A DNA stretch of 64,000 bases from Bacteriovoracaceae bacterium (GTDB taxonomy: Bacteria > Bdellovibrionota > Bacteriovoracia > Bacteriovoracales > Bacteriovoracaceae), in the NCBI GenBank assembly GCA_048270185.1, contig JBLWTJ010000001.1:1440001-1504000 (forward strand), written 5' to 3'. Position numbers and translations under genes: made by a program. This document shows positions 61,360-64,000 of the stretch, one piece after another. Below the pieces are notes generated by a model. That model was given only the letters and a program-made list of their open reading frames with translations. It was not told where the DNA came from and ran no database searches. Position 1 is the stretch's first letter, and each line of letters begins with the position of its first letter.

Positions 61360-62520
61360 TTATACATACTTAGCTGCGACAAAGCTAGAAGACCAGGCCC
61401 ATTGGAAATTATAGCCACCAAGTAAGCCCGTTACATCGAGAACCTCTCCAATAAAGTAAAGATTCTTTTGTATTCGACTCTCCATCGTTTTTGAACTTAC
61501 TTGATTAGTATCAACTCCACCGCGTGTAACCTCGGCCTTACGATAACCTTCTGTACCACTAGGAGTGAACGTCCAGTGATGGATAACCTCAACAAGTTTC
61601 TCCTTATGAGCTCCCGACAATTCAGCACAATTCTGATTAAGAGGAAGTTTATGGTATTCCAGCCATATTTCAACAAATCGAGATGGTAAGTGACTTTTTA
61701 AGGCATTCACTAGAGACTTACGTTTTTGAACTTTTAGAATTTCATAAATATCGGCCTTGGGTAAGAAGTTAATTTTGACTTGGTCATTCTTCTTCCAATA
61801 CAATGAAGCCTTTAAAATTGAAGGTCCACTCAAACCTTTATGAGTCCATAGAATATTTTCTAAGAACTTCTTATTATTCACAGTCACTTCAGATTCAACA
61901 GCAATACCAGCAAGGCTAGCTAATACCTTCTCTAGAGTAAAGGGAACAAGAGCTGGAGTTGTTTCAATTATCTTATGACCAAATTTTTTAGCAATTTTAT
62001 AACCAATATCAGTTGCACCTAGTCCAGGAAATGATAACCCACCAGTTGCTACAACTAATTTTTCACTGTTTAAAGTTGTGCTATCACTTAGAGTTACAAC
62101 ATATTCATCACTATAATCAACTTCTGTAACTCGACTATTTACACGAAGCTCACAATTATTTGGTATGGCCTTTAGAAGTGACTCTAAAATGCCACGAGAC
62201 TTCTGGTCGCAAAAAAGTTGTCCTAGTGTTTTCTCTGTATACGTAAGATTATATTCTGAAATGAAACTTATAAAATCCCAATTTGTATATTGGCTTAAGG
62301 CCGACTTGCAAAAATGTGGATTACTAGAAACATAGAAATTTGGGGTGACATCAAGATTTGTGAAGTTACATCGTCCCCCACCAGAGACAAGTATTTTCTT
62401 TCCAGGACCTTTGGCCCCTTCTAGGATAAGGACTCTTTGCCCTTTTTTGGCAGCATGGATGCCGCAGAATAAACCTGCAGCACCCGCACCAATGATTATT
62501 ACATCAAATTTTTCATTCAT
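61360..62520 (-). CDS. HI0933/BaiN (YhiN)-family flavoprotein
   Basis: IIGAGAAG, GKKIL.SGGGRCNFTN, ATGG.S.P, AEVT.GGV, GE.LDV.G..GGYN.Q.A. Confidence 0.93.
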   Translation of the reverse strand: MNEKFDVIIIGAGAAGLFCGIHAAKKGQRVLILEGAKGPGKKILVSGGGRCNFTNLDVTPNFYVSSNPHFCKSALSQYTNWDFISFISEYNLTYTEKTLGQLFCDQKSRGILESLLKAIPNNCELRVNSRVTEVDYSDEYVVTLSDSTTLNSEKLVVATGGLSFPGLGATDIGYKIAKKFGHKIIETTPALVPFTLEKVLASLAGIAVESEVTVNNKKFLENILWTHKGLSGPSILKASLYWKKNDQVKINFLPKADIYEILKVQKRKSLVNALKSHLPSRFVEIWLEYHKLPLNQNCAELSGAHKEKLVEVIHHWTFTPSGTEGYRKAEVTRGGVDTNQVSSKTMESRIQKNLYFIGEVLDVTGLLGGYNFQWAWSSSFVAAKYV

Positions 62521-64000
62521 TATAAACTTGAGCGTGAGTTTCCTCTATTACCTTGAGCACGAGGTCCACTGCTACGACGATTTCCCCAGTTTCCACCACG
62601 ATCGTTTCCACCACGACCTCCGGTACGACCACCAGTGCGACCACCGCGTCCGCCACGACCTCCGTCACGACCACCATCACGAGGTCTTTCACGAGTCGCT
62701 TCGAAACGAAGTTTCTTATTTCCGATGAAAACTTGTTCTTGTCCATCAATTAGAAGCTTTCCACTTTCTACAGGAATATCGATGAAAGAGAATTTATCCT
62801 TTAACTGTACGTTGCGAATTTTTCTCTGATCAATTTTTAACTCACCAGCAATAGCATCAAGGAATGCACCAATTTGTGCTCCATCTTCACGTCCGTAGTT
62901 AACAAAACAACGAATATTTCCGTTTGAGTCTGCTCTAACTTGACCATCGCCTCTTTCTCTTCTCTCGCCACGCTTCTTTGGTTCCATATCAATGATTGGA
63001 TTCATTTCAAAACGTTTTAAGTTATCAGCAAATAATGACTTATACATTGCTTTTAGAACTTGTTCTTTATCTAAGTGCTCAAAGCTCTCTGCAAAGATTT
63101 CAAAGCTGTCATCAAGACTATCATTTTGCTCTAATTCTTCAAAAACTTCATCAAATTGATTAACCTTACGACGAACCATTGCTCCTTTTAGTGTATCGAC
63201 ACAAGGGATACGTTCTCTTTCAATTTTTGCATTAGTTAGTCTCTCAAGAGCTGAAATTTTTCTAATCTCGCTTGGAGAAACAACAGAAAGAGCTAGACCC
63301 TTTTGACCTGCACGTCCAGTACGACCAATACGGTGAACATAAGATTCAAGATCTTGTGGAAGTCCAAAGTTGAAAACATGAGTTAAGTGATCAACATCAA
63401 TCCCACGAGCAGCAACGTCTGTACAAACAAGAAGTTTTACTCTCTTGGCCTTGAACTTTTTCATTGTTACATCACGGTGTTTTTGATCCATATCTCCATG
63501 TAGAGAGTCAGCAAGGTAACCTCTAAGGTTTAGTTCGTCACAAAGTGAACTTGCTTCAAGTTTTGTCTTTGTGAAGATAATACCGTAATAATCTTCAACT
63601 GCATCAAGAAGACGGCAAACCGCTTCACGCATGTTTTGATCACGAACAAGGTAGAACTTCTGAGTGATACTATCATTTGAAAGAGTCTTTTTCTTAACTC
63701 TTACGATCTCAGGGTTATCAAGATAATTCTTAATTAGATCAAGGATTGCTGGAGGCATCGTTGCCGAAAACATCCAAGTCTTTTTATTTTCTGCTTGAGC
63801 TAGAATTTCCTTAACATCATCAAGGAATCCCATGTCTAGCATTTCATCGGCCTCATCAAGAACTGCATATTGAACTTCTGAAAGCTTTAATACTCTTCTC
63901 TTAATAAGATCAAGTACGCGCCCTGGAGTACCAACAACAATTTGTGGCTTTATTTTTCCAAGGTTTCTAATTTGATTATCAATTGATGTCCCACCGTAAA
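62520..64000 (-). CDS. DEAD-box RNA helicase (DeaD/CshA-like), 5' end off window
   Basis: Frame extends upstream of the track ORF (VGTPGR, VLDEADEMLDMGF); SAT, TDVAARGID, HRIGRTGRAG; DbpA-type RNA-binding domain; RGG tail. Confidence 0.95.
   Translation of the reverse strand, partial: YGGTSIDNQIRNLGKIKPQIVVGTPGRVLDLIKRRVLKLSEVQYAVLDEADEMLDMGFLDDVKEILAQAENKKTWMFSATMPPAILDLIKNYLDNPEIVRVKKKTLSNDSITQKFYLVRDQNMREAVCRLLDAVEDYYGIIFTKTKLEASSLCDELNLRGYLADSLHGDMDQKHRDVTMKKFKAKRVKLLVCTDVAARGIDVDHLTHVFNFGLPQDLESYVHRIGRTGRAGQKGLALSVVSPSEIRKISALERLTNAKIERERIPCVDTLKGAMVRRKVNQFDEVFEELEQNDSLDDSFEIFAESFEHLDKEQVLKAMYKSLFADNLKRFEMNPIIDMEPKKRGERRERGDGQVRADSNGNIRCFVNYGREDGAQIGAFLDAIAGELKIDQRKIRNVQLKDKFSFIDIPVESGKLLIDGQEQVFIGNKKLRFEATRERPRDGGRDGGRGGRGGRTGGRTGGRGGNDRGGNWGNRRSSGPRAQGNRGNSRSSL

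Noticed and set aside
62540..62700. GC-rich short tandem repeats (CCACG/CGACC)
   Set aside because: They encode the RGG/GGR tail of the DEAD-box helicase; not a mobile or regulatory repeat.

Overview
AT-rich bacterial chromosome window, most likely from a Bdellovibrionota predator of the Bacteriovorax/Halobacteriovorax group. This is inferred from a PopA/Bd0427-like major outer-membrane protein, many lineage-specific secreted proteins and sigma28-like promoters; it was not database-checked. Most of the window is housekeeping: glyQS, rlhA-like U32, recO, rsmE, ugd, lepA, trkAH, lptF, pepA, trmL, mltD, rplU-rpmA-obg-rsfS-rlmH, trpS, tRNA-fMet, alaS, pckA, hemJ, ABC-F, typA, murG and a DEAD-box helicase. 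No integrase, transposase or CRISPR array was seen. The best candidates for undescribed biology are: (1) a four-gene exported operon (CPC redoxin, two Met/His YtkA/FixH-like proteins, a Cys-Cys beta-barrel) behind a CsoR-type operator, suggesting an envelope copper-handling system; (2) a tandem array of four paralogous beta-barrels sharing an N-terminal PE-x-SRDGKT segment behind a PopA-like gene, with terminator hairpins between the genes; (3) a kinase-less HAMP-PAS membrane sensor in the Trk K+ operon; (4) an exact 48-bp duplication of the tRNA-fMet 3' end around a structured 95-bp insert; (5) a secreted phospholipase D plus Cys-rich protein cluster with sigma28-like promoters; (6) a roughly 196-bp REPIN/MITE-like inverted-repeat element between glyQS and the U32 gene.
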